Shown piece by piece: positions 17,672 to 26,375 of a stretch of DNA of 26,457 nt. Numbering within the stretch: position 1 is the stretch's first letter; the number at the start of each line of letters is the position of its first letter. The notes below the pieces were generated by a model. The model made no database searches. It saw only the letters and a program-made list of their open reading frames with translations, and was not told the origin of the DNA. This DNA is from Bdellovibrionales bacterium. Its GTDB lineage: Bacteria; Bdellovibrionota; Bdellovibrionia; Bdellovibrionales; JAMPXM01. A program made the translations under genes and the position numbers. The stretch spans positions 1-26,457 of the forward strand of contig JAYUEN010000525.1 of the NCBI GenBank assembly GCA_043739185.1, read 5' to 3'.

Positions 17672-18234
17672 TGAAAGTTGTTTTAACCGGAGGCCCTTCG
17701 GGGGGCAAAACCACTCTTGCAGCTACAATTCAGAAAGAATTTTCAGATCAAGTTCTCATTGTGCCCGAGGCCGCAAGTATGCTTTTTGCCGGAGGCTTTC
17801 CGAGGCGCCCCGGAGTCAAAAGCATTTCACATCGTCAAAAAGCAATTTATTTTTTGCAAAGAGAACTCGAAGGACTTTGTGAGGATGAAAAGCCAAATGT
17901 GCTCTTGGTCTGTGACCGTGGAAGTCTCGATGGCACCGCTTACTGGCCTGATCCCAATTCCAATTTTCTAGATGCCATTCAATCAAGCGTTGAGAAAGAA
18001 ATCGCACGCTATGATTATGTCATTCATCTTGATACGGCTCCAAAAGATTTTTACGACTTATCAAATCAACTGCGGGTCGAATCTTATGAAGAAGCCAGCA
18101 AATTAAACGAGCGCATAAAAACCGCCTGGCAAGGTCATCCCCGAAGATTTATAATTGATAATAGTGGCCCTTTTGTCGATAAACTTTACCGGGCGACAAA
18201 AGTGATTCAGCAAATCCTTAAAGGTGCCACCTAG
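17671..18234 (+). CDS. NadR/Ttd14-type (AAA_28) P-loop ATP-binding protein
   Basis: VVLTGGPSGGKTT Walker A, VPEAA, QKAIY..QRELE, VCDRGSLDG.AY, RYDYVIHL and W.GHP. ATG overlaps the upstream stop (TAATG). Confidence 0.85.
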   Translation: MKVVLTGGPSGGKTTLAATIQKEFSDQVLIVPEAASMLFAGGFPRRPGVKSISHRQKAIYFLQRELEGLCEDEKPNVLLVCDRGSLDGTAYWPDPNSNFLDAIQSSVEKEIARYDYVIHLDTAPKDFYDLSNQLRVESYEEASKLNERIKTAWQGHPRRFIIDNSGPFVDKLYRATKVIQQILKGAT

Positions 18235-18267
18235 GATTTCGTAATTCAGCGCGTAAGCTTGCGAATA

Positions 18268-19743
18268 TTACTTAGGAAAAAAACAGCTAAATTCAGCGCC
18301 CGCATCGACATCGCTCTTTAAAACGACGCGTCCCCCGTGCTTAATCATGATGTGTTTAACTATTGCGAGGCCCAATCCAGTACCGCCTTGCTCTCTCGAT
18401 CTTCCGGTATCGACACGATAAAAGCGCTCAAAGAGGCGGTCTTGGTGTTCTTTGGGAATTCCGGGTCCATTGTCACGTACGCGTAAGACAACTTCGTTTG
18501 TGCTCGAATCTTCCCAGATCAAATCAATGGCCTTATTCTCCGGAATATATTTAATGGCATTGTGAATCAGATTAATTAAAATTTGCTCAATTCGATACGC
18601 ATCACCAATTATTGATTCAGTTAAAAACTGGCTTTCAATTTTAAGATTTTTAAGCTTTCGCTTTTCTTCAAGTTGTCGCAAAACATTTTCGGTTACCTCA
18701 CGGGTATTGATTTTCTCTCGCTTTAGCTCGGCACCCGATTCAATGGTCGAAAGATCAAGCAAATCATTAACCAAATAGGTCAAGCGATCGACATTTTTGG
18801 TAATGACTTCAAAGAAGCGACCAGCTGACTCATAGTTTTTATTCTTAAAATCATCAATCAAAGTATCTAAATATCCTTTTATTGATGTCAAGGGGGTTCG
18901 TAATTCATGAGAGGCGTTGCCGACAAATTCAATGCGAATTTGCTCGGCCTGCTTTAGCTCGGTGACATCATGAAAAATGCCGACGGCACCAAATACCTTT
19001 TCAGAAGGTGTGTTTTTTAATGGAGCAATCGAAAGTGCAAAATGTCTTTTAAAGCTATATTTGGCGGTGCGCAAACTTGCATAAATGGTTTTTGTTAGTC
19101 CGCTATTTAATACTTCTTTATAAGCATTTAAAATTTCAGGTGCTCGAAAGGTCTCACTTAAGCGAGTCATCCGATTGTCTGCGTGTTTTTGAATTCCAAA
19201 GAGAACCGAGAATTGGGTATTAAAGAAGAGCGCTTCACCGAAAATGTCGACGGCATAAATGGCGTCGCTTACAGCCCCGAGAAGGGCTGTCAATTCTTCT
19301 CTTTCGGTTGAGAGTTCATCGGTTTGTTCTCTTAAGTCACGATGAATGCGGTTAAGTGCGCGCTCAAGATCGAGCCATTCCCCCCGAACTTCTTCTGACA
19401 AATCATCTTCGGTCAATTCTTCTTTATTAGTAGAAATAGCGGATTGGCCTCGTCGCAACTCGCGCGCTCGCTTAAGCAATCGCCCCAGGGGCTTGAGAAA
19501 CACATAATTCATATAAATTTGAAAGCTAATGCCTGCAAGCAAGGCCAAGCAAATGAGTCTTGTAATATAACGATCAAATTCACCGATCGCAGCGGGCATA
19601 TCTTGGGTATTTGAAAATAAATTATAGGCAAAATATCTAAGCGAGAACCCCACGAAAAAGGCTAAAACCACAAAGAAAACAATTTGCTTTGTGAGGTACC
19701 TCCGGCCGATTTTCCAGGGGAAATATTGCCTTGGTCGAATCAT
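18268..19743 (-). CDS. phoR: phosphate regulon sensor histidine kinase
   Basis: Two TM segments, HAMP- and PAS-like regions, the H-box EFVGNASHELRTPLTSIKGY, NLIHNAIKY, DNGPGIP, FERFYRVD and GTGLGLAIVKH. Lies in the pst/phoU/phoB operon. Confidence 0.9.
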   Translation of the reverse strand: MIRPRQYFPWKIGRRYLTKQIVFFVVLAFFVGFSLRYFAYNLFSNTQDMPAAIGEFDRYITRLICLALLAGISFQIYMNYVFLKPLGRLLKRARELRRGQSAISTNKEELTEDDLSEEVRGEWLDLERALNRIHRDLREQTDELSTEREELTALLGAVSDAIYAVDIFGEALFFNTQFSVLFGIQKHADNRMTRLSETFRAPEILNAYKEVLNSGLTKTIYASLRTAKYSFKRHFALSIAPLKNTPSEKVFGAVGIFHDVTELKQAEQIRIEFVGNASHELRTPLTSIKGYLDTLIDDFKNKNYESAGRFFEVITKNVDRLTYLVNDLLDLSTIESGAELKREKINTREVTENVLRQLEEKRKLKNLKIESQFLTESIIGDAYRIEQILINLIHNAIKYIPENKAIDLIWEDSSTNEVVLRVRDNGPGIPKEHQDRLFERFYRVDTGRSREQGGTGLGLAIVKHIMIKHGGRVVLKSDVDAGAEFSCFFPK

Positions 19744-20477
19744 GAGTCTAACTTGACTCGGTAGCCGATGCCACGAATGGTCTCAATCATTTCGGAAGCT
19801 GAGCCCAGCTTTTTTCTCAATCCAAAAATATGGGTATCAACGGTTCGGCCGACTACGCTTACACCTTCGCCTTGAACGAATTCAATCAACGAATCTCTCG
19901 TCAAGACTCGTCCGCGATTTTGCGCCATCTTAAGTAGTAATTTGAATTCACTTGGCGTGAGCGCAAGCAAGCTTCCATCTAATTTCACTTCATAAGTTTC
20001 AGCATTTATTAAAATTGGTCCGAATTGAATTTCAACTTGGCTCATTGACTTTGGGTCGGTTTTCGTTCGCCGAATGAGCGCCCGCACTCTTGCCAAAAAG
20101 ACCTGAACGTCAAAGGGCTTGGTCAAATAATCGTCGGCTCCGGCCTCTAAGCCCTCAACAATATCTTTGGATTCGGCTCTTGCCGTGACCATTAAAATTG
20201 AATGCTTTGATTGAAATTTGTGGCGCAGCTCTTTTGCCAAAGCAATTCCGCTTTGACCTGGCAGCATCCAATCTAGAGCTATTAAAGCATACTGATTTTG
20301 AGCAATCAACTGAGCCGCTTCTTCGGCACTTGAGGCCGCGTCGACTTTGAGTCCTGCCCGCATCAAATGTAGCACTATGAGTTCGCGAATTTCAGATTCA
20401 TCTTCGACTACTAATACTCGATCAGAAGAATTGATTTGGAATTTTGAAGTTGAGCCATCAGAGGTCTGTGTCATCAT
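19740..20477 (-). CDS. phoB: OmpR/PhoB-family response regulator
   Basis: VLVVEDE, LDWMLPG, MVTAR, GADDYLTKPF, LTPSEF, RTVDTHI..LRKKLG and IETIRGIGY. ATG 20477 follows GGAG, between phoU and phoR. Confidence 0.9.
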   Translation of the reverse strand: MMTQTSDGSTSKFQINSSDRVLVVEDESEIRELIVLHLMRAGLKVDAASSAEEAAQLIAQNQYALIALDWMLPGQSGIALAKELRHKFQSKHSILMVTARAESKDIVEGLEAGADDYLTKPFDVQVFLARVRALIRRTKTDPKSMSQVEIQFGPILINAETYEVKLDGSLLALTPSEFKLLLKMAQNRGRVLTRDSLIEFVQGEGVSVVGRTVDTHIFGLRKKLGSASEMIETIRGIGYRVKLDS

Positions 20478-20509
20478 TATTATTCTCCTACTCAATTACT
20501 CGAATACAC

Positions 20510-21178
20510 TCAATCTTGGCTTTGGCCGTGCCCGTGACGAACATCAACTCCTGTATAAGTAAAAATAACATCTTCAGCAATATTGGTTGCATGATCGCCC
20601 ATGCGCTCTAGATTTCTGGCAATTAAAATCAAATCAAGAGCGGCTTCAATTTTGCTGGGATTATTTTGCATAAACGGAACCATAAGTTTTAATGAATTGT
20701 TCTTAATCTTATCAACGGCATCATCGCGAGTTAAAACTTCTTGCGCCAATTTAATATCGCCAGTCATAAAAGCATCTAACGCATCTCGAACCATGGCTTT
20801 TACCAAAACCGACATTTTAGGAAGCTCGAGAGATAGCTCGACTGATTTATCATCTAAATAGTGTTCGGTATTGTAAGAAATATTCATGGCCTGATCACCC
20901 ATGCGTTCTAAATCCGTATTGATTTTGATTATTGATAAAATCAAGCGCAAGTCAGCAGCAACCGGCGAAAGTCTGGCTAAGATTTCAAGGCACATATTAT
21001 CTATTAATAAATGTGCTTCATTTATTTTATTTTCGGACTCCCGAACTTGCTTGATACAATTCGGATCTCTTAAATTGAGACCTTCGGTCGCCTTTGAAAT
21101 TGCGAGCTCAACATAACCGCCCATTTTAAGCAGCTCGGCCTTGAGTTCCTTTAATTCAGTTTCAAATCCGCGTATCAT
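20510..21178 (-). CDS. phoU: phosphate signaling complex protein PhoU
   Basis: PVAADLR, DLERMGDQA, DDAVD and LERMGDHATNIAEDVIF..G.DVRH. Start placed at ATG 21178. Confidence 0.95.
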   Translation of the reverse strand: MIRGFETELKELKAELLKMGGYVELAISKATEGLNLRDPNCIKQVRESENKINEAHLLIDNMCLEILARLSPVAADLRLILSIIKINTDLERMGDQAMNISYNTEHYLDDKSVELSLELPKMSVLVKAMVRDALDAFMTGDIKLAQEVLTRDDAVDKIKNNSLKLMVPFMQNNPSKIEAALDLILIARNLERMGDHATNIAEDVIFTYTGVDVRHGHGQSQD

Positions 21179-21251
21179 GAAGATTTCCCTTCTCAGCCAC
21201 TCCACCTTACAAAAAATCAAGCCTGCAAGCAAACAAAACTCATTTGATTTC

Positions 21252-22031
21252 TCAACCAAATCTCCCGGTGATGTATTGCTCTGTTCTCACGTCTTTGGGT
21301 TTGGTAAAGATCTTCTTAGTTGGACCATTTTCTACCAATTCGCCAGAAAGAAAGAAGGCGGTTTGGTTCGATATTCGAGCTGCCTGTTGCATATTGTGGG
21401 TTACCATCACAATTGTCAGATCCTTTCGCAAATTCATCACCAACTCTTCAATTTTGGCAGTCGAAATGGGGTCAAGGGCACTAGTTGGCTCATCCATCAA
21501 CAAGATTCGAGGATGCACGGCTAAGGCGCGCGCGATACAGAGCCTTTGTTGTTGCCCTCCTGAAAGACTCGTCCCTGGTTTTTTGAGTTTGTCTTTTACT
21601 TCTTCCCAAAGAGCAGCTTGTTGCAAACTTCTCTCAACAACTTCATCAAGAAGTGCTTTTCGCCTGATCCCTGAAAGCTTTAGTCCCGCTACAACATTTT
21701 CAGCAATCGACATCGAAGGGAATGGGTTGGGCTTTTGAAAGACCATGCCAATTTTTCTGCGAATATTGACCGCGTCGGTCTCAGGCAAGTAAATATTTTC
21801 ATCACCAATATAAACTGCACCATCAACCCAGGCCCCCGGAATTTCCTCATGGAGTCTATTGAGAGTACGAATAAAGGTCGATTTGCCGCAACCCGAAGGA
21901 CCAATGAGAGCCTGAACTTCATTTTCATTAATCGAAATTGAAATTGATTTGAGTGCTTGAAACTTTCCGAAGTAAGCACTTAAATTTTCAGTTCGCAAAA
22001 TTTTGGGCTGAGTATTCACGAGATCAATCAT
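21252..22031 (-). CDS. pstB: phosphate ABC transporter ATP-binding protein
   Basis: [53 protein letters not shown] and YITGRFG. Confidence 0.97.
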   Translation of the reverse strand: MIDLVNTQPKILRTENLSAYFGKFQALKSISISINENEVQALIGPSGCGKSTFIRTLNRLHEEIPGAWVDGAVYIGDENIYLPETDAVNIRRKIGMVFQKPNPFPSMSIAENVVAGLKLSGIRRKALLDEVVERSLQQAALWEEVKDKLKKPGTSLSGGQQQRLCIARALAVHPRILLMDEPTSALDPISTAKIEELVMNLRKDLTIVMVTHNMQQAARISNQTAFFLSGELVENGPTKKIFTKPKDVRTEQYITGRFG

Positions 22032-22891
22032 GTTTCACTACCTTGGGGTTTTAAAATCAAGCGTGTCAATAGATTCACAATAAAAACTATTGAAACCAGA
22101 ACCAAAGCTGCTGTCCAAGCCTTGGCTCGCCAAACATCATCATTTGAAGCGGCATAATTGTAAATTTGAACCGGAAGAGATGCCACAGGTTTGGTGAATC
22201 CTCGAAATCCGTAGTCATTTGAAAAAGCTGTGAATAATAAGGGCGCGGTTTCACCGCTGATCCGCGCAATGGCGAGCATGACTCCGGTGCTCACGCCACC
22301 AATGCAGCCCGGGAGGACGATTCTCAAAATCACCTTCCAGCGAGGAAGCCCAAGCGCAAGCCCTGCTTCGCGCACATGTTGGGGCATCAATTTCAAAATC
22401 TCTTCAGTCGTGCGCGCAACAATTGGAATCATAATAATAAAAAGCGCAAAACTTCCTGCCAGTGCTGAATAAGCTTTGAATGGCGCGACCACCACAGCAT
22501 AAGCGAAAATGCCGATTACAATTGACGGAATGCTGGTCAATAAGTCGGTAACAAATCTCAAAATTTTAGTCGTATAGCCGCTTTTGTACTCGCTTAAATA
22601 AATTCCGGCAGCAATTCCCCAGGGGATTCCAAAGAGCGAGGAAATGAAAATGAGAATGAGGCTTCCGCCAAAGGCATTGGCCATGCCGCCACCTAATTCG
22701 CCGGCTCCTTTCGGTAGCTCAATGAAAAAGGCTAGGTTGAGATGATCTACTCCACGATAAACGACATAAGAAAAAATAATTACCAATGGAGTCATTGCAA
22801 TAAGTGCTACCAAATACAAACCTGTTAAAGCCACAATATTGGTAATTTTTCTTCGTCGATCGCGAAGCGCCAGAACTTGATTTTGGTTCAT
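22028..22891 (-). CDS. pstA: phosphate ABC transporter permease PstA
   Basis: [43 protein letters not shown] and SLPVQIY. Confidence 0.96.
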   Translation of the reverse strand: MNQNQVLALRDRRRKITNIVALTGLYLVALIAMTPLVIIFSYVVYRGVDHLNLAFFIELPKGAGELGGGMANAFGGSLILIFISSLFGIPWGIAAGIYLSEYKSGYTTKILRFVTDLLTSIPSIVIGIFAYAVVVAPFKAYSALAGSFALFIIMIPIVARTTEEILKLMPQHVREAGLALGLPRWKVILRIVLPGCIGGVSTGVMLAIARISGETAPLLFTAFSNDYGFRGFTKPVASLPVQIYNYAASNDDVWRAKAWTAALVLVSIVFIVNLLTRLILKPQGSET

Positions 22892-23976
22892 TTCGACGCT
22901 CCCTCAACACGCCAAATAGTAAAGCGTGCAATCGAATTGACCAAAAGGGAAATCATAAGCAGACAAAGTCCGATTCCAACCAAAGAAGACAAATGCAGCC
23001 CGCTTGCTTCATTGTATTCGTTAGCAATAACACTGGCCATTGTTTGAGCCGGCGCCAGTATCGCAGGTCTCAAATCATTGCGGTTGCCAATAACCATAGT
23101 GACCGCCATGGTTTCACCCAGTGCACGCCCGAGTCCTAAGATCATGGCGCCTAAAATTCCGGATCTAGTAGAGGCCAGTACCGAGATGCGAATCATCTCC
23201 CAGCGGGTCGCCCCAAGGGCAAGGGACGCTTCGCGAATTTGGCTGGGAACACTTGAGAAAACTTCTCGTGAAATCGAAGAGATCGTAGGAATGATCATGA
23301 TTGCGAGTACAATACTGCCGGTGAGTAAGCCTACTCCATATCCGGGGCCAGAAAAAATTTGGTCCGCAAAGTGAATCATCATTTGCGAAGTTTGCTCAAG
23401 TGACCACGAATTGAAATGAAAAATTTGGCTCAGTAAAACAATCGGGTAAACCAAGGCTGTTAATAGTTTAGCTAAACCATTTGCAAAAAAAGTATGCGGC
23501 CCTAAATTATGAATTAAAAAAGGCTGAATATATTTTTGCATAAACGGAACTAAAACAAATACCCCCCAAAGCCCATAAACAACGGATGGAATGGCCGCTA
23601 ACATTTCAACAAAAAACGAAACTACTTTTTTGACTGGCTTAGGAGCCAACTCAGTTAAGAAAAGCGCAACACCCAAGCTGATTGGACCAGCAATTAATAT
23701 TGCTAAAAATGAGGATACCAAGGTGCCGTAAATAAATGGCAGAGCGCCAAATATATCAACTGGCGGATTCCAGTCATTTCCGGTTAAGAAATCAAAACCA
23801 AATTTCGCAAAACTCGGCCAAGCCATGCGCAAAAGCAGTACAAAAATCGCAAGCATAATGCCAATCATGCTCCAGGCAATTAGTCTCAAAATTTTTCGAA
23901 AAACACGATCAGGTAAATGCGTGTCTTTTCGCTTTTTAGTTTTATCAGAATTCAATTGCACGCCTTTTATTACCAA
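22888..23976 (-). CDS. pstC: phosphate ABC transporter permease PstC (start uncertain)
   Basis: FGALPFIYGTL, LAAIPSVVYGLWG, IMIIPTI, REASLALGATRWE, LGLGRALGETMAV and TMASVIANE. Confidence 0.96.
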   Translation of the reverse strand: MVIKGVQLNSDKTKKRKDTHLPDRVFRKILRLIAWSMIGIMLAIFVLLLRMAWPSFAKFGFDFLTGNDWNPPVDIFGALPFIYGTLVSSFLAILIAGPISLGVALFLTELAPKPVKKVVSFFVEMLAAIPSVVYGLWGVFVLVPFMQKYIQPFLIHNLGPHTFFANGLAKLLTALVYPIVLLSQIFHFNSWSLEQTSQMMIHFADQIFSGPGYGVGLLTGSIVLAIMIIPTISSISREVFSSVPSQIREASLALGATRWEMIRISVLASTRSGILGAMILGLGRALGETMAVTMVIGNRNDLRPAILAPAQTMASVIANEYNEASGLHLSSLVGIGLCLLMISLLVNSIARFTIWRVEGASK

Positions 23977-24003
23977 TATCAGGGTTCGGCACAGTTGCTT
24001 CTC

Positions 24004-24058
24004 AAGATAATCGAGGCTGTGTTCTTTTTGTGTCAGGAATCTGACAAGATTGGTAAAC
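24004..24058 (-). promoter_or_regulatory. Pho-box-like tandem 11-bp repeats plus -10 element upstream of pstC
   Basis: Minus strand reads GTTTACCAATC-TTGTCAGATTC-CTGACACAAAA-AGAACACAGCC then TCGAT-TATCTT. The units resemble the CTGTCAT-type PhoB half sites at 11-bp period. Confidence 0.6.
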
Positions 24059-24084
24059 CTGGCTAAACTAGATACCGGTTTGAG

Positions 24085-24570
24085 TCAAATTTTCTTACGA
24101 ATTCGCGCTAAATTAATATTAGAGTATCTTCTCATTCCAGTGACCTCACGTCCCGCCCATTCTGGCATTTCGATCTTAAAATTAGTACTTGGAATTTCAA
24201 TTTCAGCGATCGCAAAATTTTCTTGAGGATAGTAGTCAAGATCCCAGACCAGACCCTTGAATTTTATTTTAAGTCTTTGCTTTCGTAAAACTCTTACTGA
24301 CTCTCTCATTAATAGCTTGCCATGCTCGAGCGAGATCTTCTCTTCAAATTCTTTTCTCACAAGCCCAATTCCGACTTTTGAGCAAAATATGGCTTCAAAT
24401 TTCTCACCCGTTTTACTGAGTCTAATGCGTGAGTGATAATTCTTTTTAAGAATGAGGTAGCCTTGATCAATAAATATCATCTGGCGATTTTTCGCGAGTC
24501 GTTTAAAGTCGCGAACTGAAAGCAGAAATTTGCGCTCAATTTCTGTCGATATAGATGACTTTTTCGGCAA
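24085..24570 (-). CDS. CYTH domain protein (triphosphate tunnel metalloenzyme, probable inorganic triphosphatase)
   Basis: EIERKFL (ExExK), I.QGYL, RIR, R.EFE, K.R, WDLDYY, AEIE and PEWAGREVTG..RYSN..LA. Confidence 0.9.
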   Translation of the reverse strand: MPKKSSISTEIERKFLLSVRDFKRLAKNRQMIFIDQGYLILKKNYHSRIRLSKTGEKFEAIFCSKVGIGLVRKEFEEKISLEHGKLLMRESVRVLRKQRLKIKFKGLVWDLDYYPQENFAIAEIEIPSTNFKIEMPEWAGREVTGMRRYSNINLARIRKKI

Positions 24571-24606
24571 GGCATTCCTTCAATTCTGTATTACTTTAGA
24601 AATTCT

Positions 24607-26271
24607 CTAGTAGAATTTACTCACACCATCTTCGATGCAGGCATTGATGCGCTCAAAAAGATCAAGAAGATAATTGCGCTCCTCACCTTCTTTATTATTT
24701 AAAACCTGCTTCACTCTTTCGTCATATTCACTGAAGGTGATTTCTAAATCATCTTCAAACAGGCCGTGTCCTGGCGCAGGAATCTTAAAAATCGCAGCTA
24801 TAGTTTCTCGGTCTTGATTATCAAAAACGATGAGTCTTGCCAGACTAGGATTTTGAGCATCGTTTCGGCTGTTAACCCAATCAAACCATGCTTCTTTGCG
24901 ACCGACACGAGTCAAAACGGCACTCGCCATATCATCATAGCCACTTCCGGTTTCTTTTGCCTCGGGATCTTTTTCAAGAGCTGCGAAATCTTGAGAAAAT
25001 TTAAACGCCATTGATGGCACTTTTTTAAAAGCATTTTTTGTCGAGGGATACATATGAATTTTTGGCCCATTGAATTTTTCACCAGTTGGTAAGGTCAGCG
25101 ACCAACCCGCGGTTCCGGGCACGGCTTTGTATTCCATCCCAGATTCGCTTGCGAGTACTTTTGTAGTTACCGGCAATTGTCCACTTAAAATCGGAGCTAA
25201 ATCATCGGCATTATTACAAGCAAAAATTGCAACTTCACCATTTGGATCAAGTGCTTTTGCGATTATCGGTCCCACATAATTCATATCATCGCTGTAAATG
25301 GCGCCTTGGCGCTGTGCCTGCCAACCTAAGTTTGTAAGTTTTGAATAGGAATGCCAGTCAGCCGGGACAGACATATCTTTAAATCCTAGTAAAAATCCGT
25401 AAGACCAACCATGACCTACATATGCCAAATACTTTAAAGATCCGGGTGCGATCAATTTAAGGTATAAAAGCAAATCGTCTTTTTGCGCTTGATACTTGAT
25501 AACGATTTGATTCCAACAAGTTAAATTTCCGCCCACGCAAAGGCTTTGAATGCGCTCACTCGCCATTGTGCCGACTATAGTTTCGAAAACCTTGCCATCG
25601 TTTTTTGCTTGTTGGCCGATCAAATAAACGTAGCGAGATTTATCAGGACCATTTGAAAGATCCAAACACTCACTGTACATGCGGGCCGTCATCCAATTGG
25701 CATATTGCAATCTTCTTTTCTCAGAACTTGCTTTGTCACTTTTATTTTTTTCAATATTGGTCATGAGCAGCTGATTTTTAGTTACATATTCATCTAGAAA
25801 TCCTGCGCTCTCTTCTGATGCGCGATAGCGACTGTCTTCTTTCAAGTCTGTCAAACACTTCTTCAAAGCCATCCATTTCGGCTCAAGCGCGCTATTCATT
25901 TCTTGTATTATTGAATCGGAGGTGGTCTTGAAAGTTGGCAGCTGTGGATTATTTGTTTGGATTGATTTTTTAGTCCCAGGAGCTGAGGCCTTAGACTGCG
26001 TTGGCGGCTTAGCAAGTGTTGTTGAAATTCTTAAGCGAATGGGTTGAGCTTGAGTGTTATCAATTCGGACTGCAGGATGCCCTCCCGGCTTAACCACTGC
26101 CTGCGCCTGTTGATGAGCCGGTTTACTAGAGGCTTGAGCTGCGGCTTCTAGGTCATCTGCCATTTTATCTAAAGTGGTTGTCGCAGCGCTAGCTATACTT
26201 CCAAAGAAAAATATCAAAATGATTTGCGACCAGGGCGTTTGAAAATAAGATCTTGCAGATTTGCAAATCAT
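24607..26271 (-). CDS. hypothetical secreted protein with putative clan-CD (DUF4347/caspase-like) His-Cys domain
   Basis: Signal-like IILIFFFGSIASA, a low-complexity linker, then LAYVGHG...AIFACN. GGAG lies 7 nt before ATG 26271 (track extends to 26289). Confidence 0.78.
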   Translation of the reverse strand: MICKSARSYFQTPWSQIILIFFFGSIASAATTTLDKMADDLEAAAQASSKPAHQQAQAVVKPGGHPAVRIDNTQAQPIRLRISTTLAKPPTQSKASAPGTKKSIQTNNPQLPTFKTTSDSIIQEMNSALEPKWMALKKCLTDLKEDSRYRASEESAGFLDEYVTKNQLLMTNIEKNKSDKASSEKRRLQYANWMTARMYSECLDLSNGPDKSRYVYLIGQQAKNDGKVFETIVGTMASERIQSLCVGGNLTCWNQIVIKYQAQKDDLLLYLKLIAPGSLKYLAYVGHGWSYGFLLGFKDMSVPADWHSYSKLTNLGWQAQRQGAIYSDDMNYVGPIIAKALDPNGEVAIFACNNADDLAPILSGQLPVTTKVLASESGMEYKAVPGTAGWSLTLPTGEKFNGPKIHMYPSTKNAFKKVPSMAFKFSQDFAALEKDPEAKETGSGYDDMASAVLTRVGRKEAWFDWVNSRNDAQNPSLARLIVFDNQDRETIAAIFKIPAPGHGLFEDDLEITFSEYDERVKQVLNNKEGEERNYLLDLFERINACIEDGVSKFY

Positions 26272-26324
26272 ATATTGGCTCCAATTCAATTTCTGAATAT
26301 AAAATGACTTAGATCTCCTCCTTC

Positions 26325-26340
26325 AGCAAAGTATGTGCCT
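26325..26340 (-). promoter_or_regulatory. sigma54 (-24/-12) promoter for the secreted protein
   Basis: Minus strand AGGCACATACTTTGCT has exact GG-N10-GC spacing with GGCAC and TTGC, about 55 bp upstream of ATG 26271. Confidence 0.7.
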
Positions 26341-26362
26341 ATTGAAAAAAACTTCTAGCCTC

Positions 26363-26375
26363 TAATAATTTGATT
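26363..26375 (-). promoter_or_regulatory. IHF binding site
   Basis: Minus strand AATCAAATTATTA matches WATCAANNNNTTR and sits just upstream of the sigma54 element. Confidence 0.55.
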
